From contig JAUWMI010000022.1 in the NCBI GenBank assembly GCA_030613245.1, positions 2,114-66,113 on the forward strand: 64,000 nucleotides of DNA. The letters run 5' to 3'. The position numbers and the translations under genes are program-made. The notes below the pieces were generated by a model. The model was given only the letters and a program-made list of their open reading frames with translations. It did no database searches and was not told the origin of the DNA. Source of the stretch: Candidatus Sumerlaeota bacterium. Its GTDB lineage: Bacteria; Sumerlaeota; Sumerlaeia; MWCT01; JAUWMI01. This document shows positions 48,398 through 59,379 of this stretch, in pieces. Every line of letters starts with the position of its first letter. The first letter of the stretch is position 1.

Positions 48398-50191
48398 TTA
48401 CTTCAGATTGTCAACAATTGTTTTAATATAGAGCTCGCGCAGCTGGCCCTCGTCCACATCCGATGGCGCTCCGGTTAGCGGGCACAGCCCACTCTGGGTC
48501 TTTGGAAATGGGATCACTTCGCGAATGGATTGTTCTCCCAATAGAATCATAAGAATCCGATCAAAGCCAAATGCGATGCCGCCGTGCGGCGGTGCCCCAA
48601 AACTCAGTGCTTCAAGCAGAAAACCGAACCTCCTCTGGGATTCTTCGGGCGATATGCCAATTGCGCCAAAAACCTTTTCCTGCACGTCTCGGCGGTGAAT
48701 TCTGATGCTTCCTCCGCCAATTTCTTCACCATTCAATACCAGATCGTACGCAAGGGCGCGAGCCTTTCCAGGCGCCGTTTCCAGTAAGGAAATGTCCTCG
48801 GGAACCGGCGAGGTGAACGGGTGATGCATGGCCGCGAAACGTCTCTCCTTTTCGTCCCATTCAAGCATTGGGAAATCGACAATCCAGACAAATGTCACCT
48901 TCTTTGGATCAATAAGCGACAACTCTTTGCCAAGTCTGAGTCGTAAGCTGTCTAGAGCAGCGCAGACTACCTTTTCACTATCAGCGATGAAGAGAAGGAG
49001 GTCGTTCGGCTTTGCCTTCATCCGATCGGTGAGCGCCTTGAGTGTGTCAGAGGTAAAGAATTTTGCGATCGGTGAGCTCAATCCCTCAGTGGTCACCCGA
49101 AACCATGCAAGCCCTTTTGCCCCGTAGGTGCCAACAAAAGAAGTGAGATCATCCAGCTGCTTACGGCTGAATTTGCTCTCGCCCGGTACGCAAATCCCCC
49201 GGATAACACCTCCAGCCTTACTTACTTCGCTAAAAATTCGAAATTCGCAGCCATGCTGGACAACGTCAGTTGCATCTTCAATTGTCATCCCGAAGCGTAT
49301 GTCTGGCTTGTCTGTTCCATATTTCAGCATTGCCTCCGAGTAGGGAAGCCGGGCAAAAGGTACTGAAATGGCAATATCGCAAATCTCGCGATAAATAGTC
49401 TGCATCATCCCTTCAATTACAGCAAAGAGTTCATCCGGTTGGATGAATGACATTTCAATGTCGATCTGGGTGAACTCCGGCTGTCGGTTGGCGCGGAAGT
49501 CTTCGTCACGGAAACAGCGTGCAATCTGGTAGTATTTGTCGTAGCACGCGACCATGAGGAGCTGCTTGAAGAGCTGCGGCGATTGTGGCAGGGCATAGAA
49601 CTGCCCGGGACTCAGCCGGCTTGGTACCAGAAAATCGCGAGCTCCTTCCGGGGTACTCTTAGTCAAAATGGGGGTTTCAATCTCAATAAATCCCCCGGCG
49701 TTCAAGTAGTTTCGGACAACGCTGTAGAGCTTCGCGCGAGTCCGAATATTGCGCTGCATCTCCTCGCGCCGCAAATCCAGATAGCGATAGCGCAGCCGAA
49801 TCTCCTCATTGATAGTTGTATACTCGTCGAGCCGAAAAGGCAGTGGCGCAGCCGTGTTTAGCAACTCGAAAATACTCACACGGACTTCGATCTCGCCTGT
49901 AGCAATATTGGGATTCACGGTTCCTTCGGGACGAGCAGTAACGCTACCTTCAACAGCCAGCACACCCTCATTGCGCAAAGCATGTGCCTTATTAAAATCC
50001 TCGCGACTCATGGTTTCCGGATTCAGAACCACCTGACAAAGTCCCGTGCGATCTCGCAGGTCAATGAAAATTAAGCCCCCATGGTCGCGACGGCGATGTA
50101 TCCAGCCTTTCAGGACAACCACTTCTCCGATATTATCAGACCGCAGCTCGCCGCAGTAATACGTACGTCTTTTCGTTGCCAGTTCACCCAC
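48398..50191 (-). CDS. aspS: Aspartate-tRNA ligase (probably non-discriminating)
   Basis: RRRDHGG, PEGARDFLVP, LPQSPQ, HHPFT, PPHGG. Confidence 0.96.
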   Translation of the reverse strand: MGELATKRRTYYCGELRSDNIGEVVVLKGWIHRRRDHGGLIFIDLRDRTGLCQVVLNPETMSREDFNKAHALRNEGVLAVEGSVTARPEGTVNPNIATGEIEVRVSIFELLNTAAPLPFRLDEYTTINEEIRLRYRYLDLRREEMQRNIRTRAKLYSVVRNYLNAGGFIEIETPILTKSTPEGARDFLVPSRLSPGQFYALPQSPQLFKQLLMVACYDKYYQIARCFRDEDFRANRQPEFTQIDIEMSFIQPDELFAVIEGMMQTIYREICDIAISVPFARLPYSEAMLKYGTDKPDIRFGMTIEDATDVVQHGCEFRIFSEVSKAGGVIRGICVPGESKFSRKQLDDLTSFVGTYGAKGLAWFRVTTEGLSSPIAKFFTSDTLKALTDRMKAKPNDLLLFIADSEKVVCAALDSLRLRLGKELSLIDPKKVTFVWIVDFPMLEWDEKERRFAAMHHPFTSPVPEDISLLETAPGKARALAYDLVLNGEEIGGGSIRIHRRDVQEKVFGAIGISPEESQRRFGFLLEALSFGAPPHGGIAFGFDRILMILLGEQSIREVIPFPKTQSGLCPLTGAPSDVDEGQLRELYIKTIVDNLK

Positions 50192-50266
50192 GTTGTGTTT
50201 GCTCCTCCTTCTTTCCTGGTGCTTTTTGAATCAGCAATTTGCGCAAGAAAGCCACTACGTCTCGCT

Positions 50267-51535
50267 CTATTTCGCCGAGCCCTGGAGAAAGGCTTCGCAC
50301 TCCTTTATTGTCATGGTTTGCTGCTTCCCAGACTGTAGGCACTTTACAATTACCTGCTGCTGGTCCAGTTCATGCTTCCCGATGATAACGACGTGTTGAG
50401 CCCCTGCCTTGTCAGCTGCCCGCAGTCCGCTTTTCAGGCTGCGCAGGATGCCATCAAATCGGGTGCGAACCGTGTTGTGCCGCGCGAGGTCAGCCAGCCG
50501 ACCCGCCAGCGCCAGGGCTTCTTCATCAATGGCTAGGATGAACACCATGACGTCTTGTTCTGCTGGAACAGCAATATGTTGCTTCTGCATCGCGACGATA
50601 ATGCGCTCAATGCCGAAACTGACTCCAACCGCCGGTGTTGGCGGCCCCCCGAGCTCTTCGATCAAATTGTCGTAGCGTCCTCCGCCCAAAACAGCATCCT
50701 GCGCTCCAAGGCCGCTGAGGCTGGTCTCGAAAACAGTTCTCGTGTAATAGTCAAAACCGCGAACCAGATTTCTGGAAACGGTGACATTAACCTGAAAATC
50801 CCTGAGGAAATTGACAAGGGTGCTAAAGTGATGCTCACAGTCTTTGCACATAAAATCAGACATATCAGGCGCATGCATCAGTTCCGCCTTGCAGTCCATT
50901 TGCTTACAATCGAAAACTCGTAAGGGATTAACCTCAGCACGATGCTGGCAGTCTGCACACAGCTTCTGCTGGCGTTGACGCAAAAAGCCTTTCAGTGCCA
51001 CATTGTACTTTGGCCGACATGTCTCGCAGCCTATGGTATTGATGGTTGTCGTAACGTTCTGGAAGCCAATGCCTTTTAGGAAATGATTTGACAATGAAAT
51101 CACTTCTGCATCAGCCGTTGGCTCGGCAACGCCGAAGAACTCCACGCCGAATTGCGTAAATTGCCGCTGGCGCCCGTACTGGGGCCGCTCGTAGCGAAAC
51201 ATCGGCCCAATATAGAAAAGCTTCACGGCCTGGTTGCTTTTCAGCAGATTGTGCTCAATCACAGCTCGCACTACAGGTGCAGTCCCTTCTGGCCGAAGCG
51301 TAAGACTTCTCCCCTTGCGGTCTGCAAAACTATACATCTCCTTTGATACAATGTCTGTCGAAGCTCCAATGCCTCGGACAAAGAGATCGGTAGCTTCAAA
51401 TATTGGCGTGCGAATTTCGCCATAATCGTATGCTGCAAATATCTTGCGCGCCGTGCGCTCGAGGAATTCGAAGCATGAGGCCTCGTTGGGAAGAATGTCT
51501 CTAGTACCTCTCTGGGCTTTGAGTTCCATCCGCAT
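50267..51535 (-). CDS. hisS: Histidine-tRNA ligase
   Basis: RGTRD, LRPEGT, MFRYERPQ, LVRGFDYY, GGGRYD; start about 51529-51544. Confidence 0.96.
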   Translation of the reverse strand: MRMELKAQRGTRDILPNEASCFEFLERTARKIFAAYDYGEIRTPIFEATDLFVRGIGASTDIVSKEMYSFADRKGRSLTLRPEGTAPVVRAVIEHNLLKSNQAVKLFYIGPMFRYERPQYGRQRQFTQFGVEFFGVAEPTADAEVISLSNHFLKGIGFQNVTTTINTIGCETCRPKYNVALKGFLRQRQQKLCADCQHRAEVNPLRVFDCKQMDCKAELMHAPDMSDFMCKDCEHHFSTLVNFLRDFQVNVTVSRNLVRGFDYYTRTVFETSLSGLGAQDAVLGGGRYDNLIEELGGPPTPAVGVSFGIERIIVAMQKQHIAVPAEQDVMVFILAIDEEALALAGRLADLARHNTVRTRFDGILRSLKSGLRAADKAGAQHVVIIGKHELDQQQVIVKCLQSGKQQTMTIKECEAFLQGSAK

Positions 51536-51668
51536 TTTCCCCATTATTGCCCACGCGCGCGTGCTTGGCTTGCGTGCGATCGCTGCGATCCTGCTGACTC
51601 TCTCATGATTGCTAGAAATTGATTTTCTGAAGATTTCCCTCTCAGCGGCTTGCCGCACTTTGAAACCT

Positions 51669-53288
51669 TCAGCTTGACCCTTTGTCCGTCTTACGGCGTT
51701 TGAATCGGCGCTCTTCATTCTTAAGCAGTGTATATTCCACACTGTCTACAATTGCGCGCCAGCTTGCCTCAATAATATTTTCTGATACGCCGACAGTGCC
51801 CCATTCATTCTTCCCATCAGAGGTTTCGATCAGGACCCGCACCTTAGCAGCAGTTCCTTCTTTAGGGTCAATCACGCGCACTTTGAAATCGGACAATTGA
51901 ATGTTGCGCAATTCTGGATAGCTTTCACTCAGGGCCTTGCGTAGTGCGCGATCCAGAGCATTTACCGGGCCGTCGCCATCAGAGGCCGTGTGCTTGAGCT
52001 CACCGTTGATTAGAAGCTTAATCGTGGCTTCAGTTAAACAAGGCTCCTTCGGGCCACGTTTTTCGATAATCACCCGAAATCCCTGTAGATCGAAAAACGT
52101 TTTATGCTTACCCAGCGCCTTCTTTAGCAGCACTTCAAACGAGCCTTCGGCCGCCTCGAACTGATAGCCTTCATCTTCCATCTCTTTAATATCGGCCAAC
52201 AATCCGCGCGTTTCCTCGCTCGCAGTGGACAGATCAATGCCTAACTCCTCGGCTTTTGACTGAATGTTGCTCTTGCCGGAAAGTTCCGATACCAGAATGT
52301 GCCGCTTATTGCCGACGAGCTCCGGCTTGATGTGCTCGTACGTTTGTGGATTGCGAAGTACCGCACTAACATGCACCCCACCCTTGTGGGAGAACACGTA
52401 GCGGCCAACGTAAGGATGGCGCGGATTTGGAATCAGGTTGGCCACTTCATTGACAAAATGCGAGACCTCGGTCAGTTTACGTAGCTGCACCCGCGGGATG
52501 CAGCGTTTCTTGTATTTGAGAACCAGGCTCGGAATGATTTGAATCAGGTCAGCATTTCCGCAACGCTCGCCAAAGCCGTTGATTGTACCCTGCACGTGGT
52601 TTGCTCCATAATTAATCGCAATCAGGGAGTTCGACACAGCCAGGCCGGCATCGTTGTGGGCGTGGATACCCAGCGGGCTCCCTATCACTCGTTGCACCTG
52701 CTCCATTATGGTGGGAATCTCGGTAGACATGGTGCCGCCATTAGTATCGCACAGAACAATGGTATCAGCGCCTGCCTCAGCAGCCACTAGAATTGTTTTC
52801 AGCGCGTAGTCAGGATTGCTCTTGTAACCATCAAAAAAATGTTCCGCGTCATAAATCACTTCCTTGCCCTTGCTTTTCAGATAGGCAATAGAGTCGTGAA
52901 TAATATTTACATTTTCGTCGAGCGAGATGCGAAGGGCATCGCGCACGTGCAGATCCCAGGTTTTGCCAAAGATCGTGACCACAGGGGTGTCTGCCTCAAT
53001 GAGGGCGGCAATATTGGAGTCAAGGGACGCTTTGGATTTTGCACGACAGGTACTCCCGAACGCCGAGAGGCGCGCCTTCTTGAGTTCTACTACCTTCATA
53101 CGGTGGAAGAACCGAATGGCTTTGGGATTCGATCCAGGCCAGCCCCCTTCTATGTAATCCAGGCCAAATTCGTCCAGCTTCTGGGCTATACGAATCTTGT
53201 CCTGCAGCGAAAATGAAATCCCTTCGCTTTGTTCGCCATCGCGCAACGTTGTGTCATACAGGTAGATGTCTTTTTTCATGACTGCCAA
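51669..53288 (-). CDS. cimA: Citramalate synthase
   Basis: DTTLRDGEQ, GGWPGSNPK, YDAEHFFDG, HKGGVH, WGTVGVSENII. Confidence 0.9.
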   Translation of the reverse strand: MAVMKKDIYLYDTTLRDGEQSEGISFSLQDKIRIAQKLDEFGLDYIEGGWPGSNPKAIRFFHRMKVVELKKARLSAFGSTCRAKSKASLDSNIAALIEADTPVVTIFGKTWDLHVRDALRISLDENVNIIHDSIAYLKSKGKEVIYDAEHFFDGYKSNPDYALKTILVAAEAGADTIVLCDTNGGTMSTEIPTIMEQVQRVIGSPLGIHAHNDAGLAVSNSLIAINYGANHVQGTINGFGERCGNADLIQIIPSLVLKYKKRCIPRVQLRKLTEVSHFVNEVANLIPNPRHPYVGRYVFSHKGGVHVSAVLRNPQTYEHIKPELVGNKRHILVSELSGKSNIQSKAEELGIDLSTASEETRGLLADIKEMEDEGYQFEAAEGSFEVLLKKALGKHKTFFDLQGFRVIIEKRGPKEPCLTEATIKLLINGELKHTASDGDGPVNALDRALRKALSESYPELRNIQLSDFKVRVIDPKEGTAAKVRVLIETSDGKNEWGTVGVSENIIEASWRAIVDSVEYTLLKNEERRFKRRKTDKGSS

Positions 53289-53404
53289 TCCTCCCTATTC
53301 CCGCTGGCCGGTACTGTATGTATCATAGCGTATTTCATTAAAATCTCAGACGATCTCCGCTGGTTGGTCTGGTGAATCTACCGTGGGTGCTGAAGAAAGC
53401 CAGC

Positions 53405-53857
53405 TCATTTTTTCAGGAGGGCTTTCAATTCGTCGGAGAACTCACTGACGTCCCGGAACTGTCGGTAAACTGAGGCAAATCGTACGTAGGCGACCTCGTC
53501 GAGATCCTTCAATCGTTTCAAGATCATTTCGCCGATTTTCAGGGAGCTGACTTCTTTATCCATCTCATTATAGAGGGTTTTTTCGACGAAGTTCACGATT
53601 TTCTCGATGTCCTGAAGCGCCACAGGACGTTTCTCGCACGCCTTACGAATCCCATTCAGAATTTTCTGTGGGTCAAAGGTCTCGCGTTTGCCGTCCCGCT
53701 TGATTACCATTAGCGGGATCTTTTCAATAACTTCAAATGTGGTGAAACGTCGGCGACAACTCAGACATTCGCGTCGGCGACGAACTGATTCCCCATTCTG
53801 GCACAGCCGGGAGTTGACGACTTTATCCTTCACGTTACCGCAGTAAGGACATTGCAT
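53405..53857 (-). CDS. nrdR: Transcriptional repressor NrdR
   Basis: CPYC..RRRREC..RFTTFE, ATP cone, AYVRFASVY. Confidence 0.97.
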   Translation of the reverse strand: MQCPYCGNVKDKVVNSRLCQNGESVRRRRECLSCRRRFTTFEVIEKIPLMVIKRDGKRETFDPQKILNGIRKACEKRPVALQDIEKIVNFVEKTLYNEMDKEVSSLKIGEMILKRLKDLDEVAYVRFASVYRQFRDVSEFSDELKALLKK

Positions 53858-53991
53858 ATGGTACCTCTCTCTGTGCTGTTGAGCTTTATGATCTCCTCTA
53901 AACGAACAAATACGCCGGGGATGTAAGACGACCTGCGCCTAAGCGCTTTATTGTCATTTAACATCAATGAAGAAAGATACAGCAGTACATC

Positions 53992-54324
53992 TTAGCCACT
54001 ATGCTTCTCTATTGCGCTTTTCAGCACCTCTTTTGGCACTGCACCTACAATGCGCTCCTTAACCTCGCCGCCTTTGACAAGGATGACAGTTGGAATGCTC
54101 TGAATGCTGAAATGTATTGCTGTCTTCTGATTTTCGTCAACATTCAGCTTTCCCACTTTCAGTTTGCCCTGGTATTCGTTGGCCAGCTCCTCGATGATCG
54201 GTCCTACGCGCAGACACGGACCGCACCATGGTGCCCAAAAATCAATTAATACCGGTAACTCGCTTTTGACCACCTCGGCCTCAAAGTTATCGTCGGTAAA
54301 TAACACAATATTTTCGCCCGCCAT
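53992..54324 (-). CDS. trxA: Thioredoxin
   Basis: DFWAPWCGPC; start ATG 54324 after GGAGG. Confidence 0.95.
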   Translation of the reverse strand: MAGENIVLFTDDNFEAEVVKSELPVLIDFWAPWCGPCLRVGPIIEELANEYQGKLKVGKLNVDENQKTAIHFSIQSIPTVILVKGGEVKERIVGAVPKEVLKSAIEKHSG

Positions 54325-54445
54325 TTTTTCCTCCAGCCAGAAGTTCAAAGAATGTCTAGGTAACTGTAATAATTCTGGTCGTCAAGTCAAGTTAAATAAC
54401 AGCAAATTCTCTTGTTAAGGAAAATCTATGAGCGGGAAACAAGTC

Positions 54446-55186
54446 TCACAGGGTCTCAATCGCTGATATTGCTTCCTCTAACCTTATTCTGCCGCTGTAT
54501 AATGCCTTTCCTACAATTACTCCTGTTATGTTAGGACGCTTCAGACGTCCGATCGCCAACACATCATCAATGCTGCTGATTCCGCCCGAAGCAATGACGC
54601 TGCACTGAACTTGCTGGGCCAGGGTGTCAATGCCGGCGAGGTTGGGGCCAGTGAGCATTCCATCGCACTTTATATCAGTATAAATAATGGTAGAGACTCC
54701 TGAAGAGGCAACTCTGCCGGCGAAGCTAACTGCGTCATCGGCCTCCAGTTCCTGCCAGCCTTTTACCGCTACCTTCCCTTCTCGCGCGTCAATGCCCACT
54801 GCAATTTTCTCTCCGTATTGGGCGACTAAAGTACGCAAGAACTCAGGAGATTCGTATGCTTTAGTTCCCAGCACGACACGATCAATACCTAAATGGAGCA
54901 CCTTGGCGACATGCTCCAGATCGCGAAGCCCGCCGCCAAATTGTATGCGCACCTGCACGTTCTGGCGAATCTTTTTCACCACATCAAGATTCTGTGGCGT
55001 GCCCTGAAACGCCCCATCAAGGTCTACAATGTGGATTATTTCTGCTCCTGCCGCCTCCCAACGCCTTGCAATTTCCACCGGGTCGTTGGAGTAGATGGTC
55101 TTTTGTGTCTTCTGGCCCTGTATTAATCTGACACAATTGCCAGCCATAAGGTCAATGGCTGGGATGACCGTAAGGCCTTTTGCCAT
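54446..55186 (-). CDS. hisA: ProFAR isomerase
   Basis: IPAIDL..CVRL, HIVDLDGA, GGGLR, TDIKCDG. Confidence 0.96.
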   Translation of the reverse strand: MAKGLTVIPAIDLMAGNCVRLIQGQKTQKTIYSNDPVEIARRWEAAGAEIIHIVDLDGAFQGTPQNLDVVKKIRQNVQVRIQFGGGLRDLEHVAKVLHLGIDRVVLGTKAYESPEFLRTLVAQYGEKIAVGIDAREGKVAVKGWQELEADDAVSFAGRVASSGVSTIIYTDIKCDGMLTGPNLAGIDTLAQQVQCSVIASGGISSIDDVLAIGRLKRPNITGVIVGKALYSGRIRLEEAISAIETL

Positions 55187-55622
55187 ACCAGATCCTTTGT
55201 AAGGTTGTAAAATGTAAGGATTTATAGCACATTCGGGACAATGTCAAACCCTTTTTTTTGGACGTCCCAAAAGGCAACTGAATGAAGAGTTTTTCCTCGT
55301 GGTGCTAATGTGCGTTGTGACAGTTGAAGAACACCTTGTTCCAATAGCATGGGATGCACAAAGCCGCAACAGCGCCTTTCGTCAGTGAAAAAAGTGGATG
55401 AAGCTCCTGGCGAGAAAAGGTTGAAAACTGCGCCATTCTGGTTAGAGTATAAAAACAGTTGACTTATGGAACGCAAAAAGTTTTACTCGGATAGTTCATC
55501 TATAAAGAGTTAGCGCTTGTAAAGCGCGACATTCTCTAGGATCCGGATTGATTTGCCCTAATGGCTGCTTGCTTTAAGTTTTGCAGTAGTCGAATTACGC
55601 CTAATCAGAGGTCATCAGGCTC

Positions 55623-57044
55623 TTGAACGCCTCGGTCTCCCGATTGCTCCATAAGCTCCTCCTCGTTCACGTGGCGCTCCTACTGTTTTTAACGCCACTT
55701 TTCCTTTTGCCTCGTCTGGCGACATACAATCCTGTTATTGATTCCAAGAAGCTGATTGCATTATTTCTCCTGTGCTCCTTTTTTCTTTTCTATTGCATCC
55801 GTATTCTGGTTGTGGGCGTTCCGCGCTTTCAGGTGACGCTGGTGAACGTATCGGTAGGACTGTTGCTAGTGTCTGTGATAATTGCATGTGTGGCGTCAGG
55901 AAACGTGATCTATTGCTTTCAAGAGGCGTTGATTTCCATCTTCCTGCTGGGATTGTTCTTTGTACTTCAACCGCTCCTGACAGGACATCGGGAGATTAAT
56001 AAGTTGCAACTGGTAGCGATACTGGCTGCCGTCCTCGTCAGCATATACGGCTTGCTTCAGTATTTCAATCTGAACGTGCTAGCCAGCGTGTTTCCCTACG
56101 TGCGTCCGAGCAAAGAGAGCCGGAACTTTATCTTATCAACCATCGGCAATCCTGAGTACCTGGGCGGCTACCTGGCGCCATTTGCCGTTATGTTGATTCC
56201 GCAGCTGCTGGCGCATCGCAAAGTAATGGCCCGCTTCATCAGGGCTCTAGCGTTTGTCCTGTTTGCATTCGTAATGCTTCTGACGGGTGCGCGCGGCGCA
56301 TGGCTCGGGATGCTTGGCGGCGCTCTGTTTGTTGCATATTGGATAGTGCGCTGGAAGCCGTTGCGTATTTCGCTACGCGCTGGCTGGCTTTTTGTGATTT
56401 TAGGAGCGATAGTGGTTTTGCTGCTGGTTGTCTTTTCGTTTCCTAATCCAATTAATACGCGCGACGCACGGGTAATGGGTCGCTTCAAGGAGCTGACTGA
56501 TCCGAGATCAGAATCCATCAAACAGCGCATTCTGTTTTATGCAATCTGTGCTGAGATGATTGGCGACCGTCCGATTGTGGGTTTTGGAGAGGGCATGTTT
56601 CAGGTTAACTTCTACGAGTACGTGAAGCGGCTCGTTGAGAAAGATGAACGAGCGGGTATGACACTATTTGCGATTGATCTGGAAAACCGTGTGGCTGAAC
56701 ATGCGCATAATGATTATTTGCAATTTTGGGTCGAGCGTGGCAGCATTGGGCTTTTCCTCTTTGTCCTGTTGCTGCTGGCGTACTTTTTGGCGGTGAACGG
56801 TCAGCTGCGTACTGCTCATTGCGGCAGCGCGGTCTGGCTTCTTCAGCTGAGTCTGAGCGGCGCAATCGTCTGCCTGCTGATTAGCAGCACGTTTAGCTTT
56901 CCCCTGCATTTGCCTACTCGAGCGTCGCTCTTCTGGATTCTGCTTTGTATGAGTGTATGTTTAGCATTTCCGGCTTCTCGAAATGATGCTACAGGCAGGG
57001 ATGCCTGTGCTACTAATGTAGGGCCGCGAGGCGATGAGGCGTAG
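55623..57044 (+). CDS. O-antigen ligase family (Wzy_C) membrane protein
   Basis: Multi-TM; STIGNPEYLG, TGARGAW, HAHNDYLQ. Confidence 0.85.
   Translation: MNASVSRLLHKLLLVHVALLLFLTPLFLLPRLATYNPVIDSKKLIALFLLCSFFLFYCIRILVVGVPRFQVTLVNVSVGLLLVSVIIACVASGNVIYCFQEALISIFLLGLFFVLQPLLTGHREINKLQLVAILAAVLVSIYGLLQYFNLNVLASVFPYVRPSKESRNFILSTIGNPEYLGGYLAPFAVMLIPQLLAHRKVMARFIRALAFVLFAFVMLLTGARGAWLGMLGGALFVAYWIVRWKPLRISLRAGWLFVILGAIVVLLLVVFSFPNPINTRDARVMGRFKELTDPRSESIKQRILFYAICAEMIGDRPIVGFGEGMFQVNFYEYVKRLVEKDERAGMTLFAIDLENRVAEHAHNDYLQFWVERGSIGLFLFVLLLLAYFLAVNGQLRTAHCGSAVWLLQLSLSGAIVCLLISSTFSFPLHLPTRASLFWILLCMSVCLAFPASRNDATGRDACATNVGPRGDEA
56988..57013. repeat. REP inside the ligase 3' end
   Basis: ACAGGCAGGGATGCCTGTGCTAC (GTAG on the minus strand), encoding TGRDACAT. 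Confidence 0.65.
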
Positions 57045-57046
57045 CT

Positions 57047-58198
57047 GTGAAAGTGCTTTTTCTTCTGAACGCTTATGAGGAAGACGGACCTGGATTGTTG
57101 ATCTTTTCAATTATTCAAGAAATGCAACGCTCTGGCGCAGTTGCATGTTCCACGGTGGCACTGTCGCGAGGAGGGCCGCTGCAAGAGCGATTTGACGCGC
57201 TCGGAGTGCCTACAGCCCTGGTGGGGATGAAAAGCGTTTGTGACATTGCAGCGATCGGGCGATTTATTCGGCATCTAAAACAGGAGCGCTGCAGCGTGCT
57301 TCATACAAACCTCATCCGGGCCGACCTGATTGGTCGGATGGCGGCCAAGCTGGCCGGGGTTCCAATTATCGTGACTACGGAGCACGGCATTCACACGTGG
57401 GATGTGAAAGGTCGGATTGTGAAATGGCTGGTGCGTTTTTTGTATCGTTTGACAACGCGGTTTACCGATCGAATTATTGCAGTCTCCGAGTTTGTAGCAC
57501 AGGATCTCAGGCGTAATGGCATTTCGGATGTGAAGATCACACGCATCTATAACGGGATTAATACTGATCCGTACCATCCGCTGCCGGAGGAGCAACGGCA
57601 TGAACTTAGCCCATACCTGGCAGACTGGGAGGTGCAGCATCTGGTCGGGGTTATAGGCAATATGGTGGCGCTGAAGGGACACGCCTGGTGTGTTCAGGCG
57701 ATTCCTGCGATTGTCGCGCAGCACCCTGACACGCTCTTTGTCTTCGTTGGCAAAGGACCGCTGCGTCAGGAGATCCAGCAAATGGTGAGCTCTCTTGGTC
57801 TTGAGAAGCATGTGCGGTTTACGGGGCATCTGTCGGCATTGTTGCCACGGCTTATGGGATCGCTTGACGTGTTGGTTCAGCCGAGTCTGGTAGAATCGTT
57901 CGGATTGGCAGTTGTGGAAGCTCAGGCATGTGGGGTGCCGGTAGTTGCCACAAGAGTAGGAGGATTGCCCGAGATTGTTGTTGATGGTGAAACCGGGTTT
58001 TTGGTAGCATCAGAAGATTCTGGGGCACTGGCAGACAAGGTCAATGTGCTCCTGAGCAAGCCTGTGCTTGCGCGAAGTATGGGTAGAAAGGGACGGGAGA
58101 AAGTCCTGGCCCAGTTTCAGATTCAGCAGACAGCCAGTGCCTATGCGGAGATTTATCGAAAGTTGGCTAGGGAAAAAGCCATAGACAGCGAATCATGA
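57047..58198 (+). CDS. GT4 glycosyltransferase
   Basis: TEHG, IYNG, ESFGLAVVEAQACG, VGGLPE. Confidence 0.92.
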   Translation: MKVLFLLNAYEEDGPGLLIFSIIQEMQRSGAVACSTVALSRGGPLQERFDALGVPTALVGMKSVCDIAAIGRFIRHLKQERCSVLHTNLIRADLIGRMAAKLAGVPIIVTTEHGIHTWDVKGRIVKWLVRFLYRLTTRFTDRIIAVSEFVAQDLRRNGISDVKITRIYNGINTDPYHPLPEEQRHELSPYLADWEVQHLVGVIGNMVALKGHAWCVQAIPAIVAQHPDTLFVFVGKGPLRQEIQQMVSSLGLEKHVRFTGHLSALLPRLMGSLDVLVQPSLVESFGLAVVEAQACGVPVVATRVGGLPEIVVDGETGFLVASEDSGALADKVNVLLSKPVLARSMGRKGREKVLAQFQIQQTASAYAEIYRKLAREKAIDSES

Positions 58199-58218
58199 AT
58201 GCCAGGGATACATAACTA

Positions 58219-59217
58219 GTGGCAGACTATCAGGTGCACAGCATTCAGGAGCGACATTATCGGCTGTGGGATGACTTTGTTGCTGCTTCGCCGCAGGGAT
58301 GTTTCTACCACACCAGCTGCTGGAAACAGATCATTGATACCGGGACAACGAATATCATGCGTTTGTACGGATGTTTCCTTGGTGGCACGCTTGTGGGCGG
58401 CTGCACACTGACTGAGAAAGTTCAGCTGGGCCGTCATGCAGCGGTAAACGCCTTGACTACGCCGTATGCCGGGTTTCTGCTGCCGCCTGCTTCGGGGACG
58501 AAGATTTCCGATCAAACCTCCCACGAGCACGCAATTATCTCTGCTTTGAGTCGCTTCCTCGAAGCACGGTTTCATCAGATTACGCTGTACAATTCGCCGG
58601 GACTGGCAGACGTGCGGCCGCTGACGCAGAGCGGCTGGAGCGCGGTGCCGTGTTATACGTATGTGCTGGATATCAGCGAGCCGAGGCGAGTGTGGGAACG
58701 TATGGACGGAAGCGTGCGACAGGCAATTAGGAAAGCCGTGAAACAGCAGTTTCATGTTGGGACGTCCACAGATGTGGATAGCTTTTATAGTCTTCTGGAC
58801 AAGACGCTTGGCAGGCGCCGCTTGCCAAATTTGATTCCCAGGCGCCTGCTTGATACATTGATGCACACCGACAGTCTGAAAGATCGTCGGCTCTTCCTCA
58901 CAGCGCAGCCCAAGAGCGGAGGGCTTGCGAGTGGCATTCTGGTGCTGTGGGATCAGACCACAGCCTACTACGCGCTTGCTGCCACTGATCCTGCTCTGTA
59001 CGGTAGCGGTGTCCACTCGCTCTTGATCTGGGAGCTGATTCAGCGTCTTTCACCGGTTGTTGGGATGCTGGATTTCGTTGGTGCGAATATTCCCAGTATT
59101 GCACGATTTAAAGAAGGGTTCAACCCGCAGCTCGAGACCCATTATTGTGTTGAGAAATGGCGATCCCTTCTATTGAAATGGAGCAAACGGCTGGTTCGTC
59201 GCCTCAGGGGTTACTGA
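58219..59217 (+). CDS. GNAT/FemAB-like acyltransferase
   Basis: WDDFV..FYH..W, RQAIRKA, DFVGANIPSIARFKEGF. Confidence 0.8.
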   Translation: MADYQVHSIQERHYRLWDDFVAASPQGCFYHTSCWKQIIDTGTTNIMRLYGCFLGGTLVGGCTLTEKVQLGRHAAVNALTTPYAGFLLPPASGTKISDQTSHEHAIISALSRFLEARFHQITLYNSPGLADVRPLTQSGWSAVPCYTYVLDISEPRRVWERMDGSVRQAIRKAVKQQFHVGTSTDVDSFYSLLDKTLGRRRLPNLIPRRLLDTLMHTDSLKDRRLFLTAQPKSGGLASGILVLWDQTTAYYALAATDPALYGSGVHSLLIWELIQRLSPVVGMLDFVGANIPSIARFKEGFNPQLETHYCVEKWRSLLLKWSKRLVRRLRGY

Positions 59218-59379
59218 GGTAGAAAAATTCCTAGCCATTCCCTGGTGCAATGGTGTATGAAGCTGCGCGCGATGTACGCCAAAGACCAGCAGTGATAAAC
59301 TGAGCACATTTTTCATGTGGGAGAAAGAATTCATCGTGCGTATTGTCTTGAGAATCTTTCTACAAATGAGGCTGCACTC

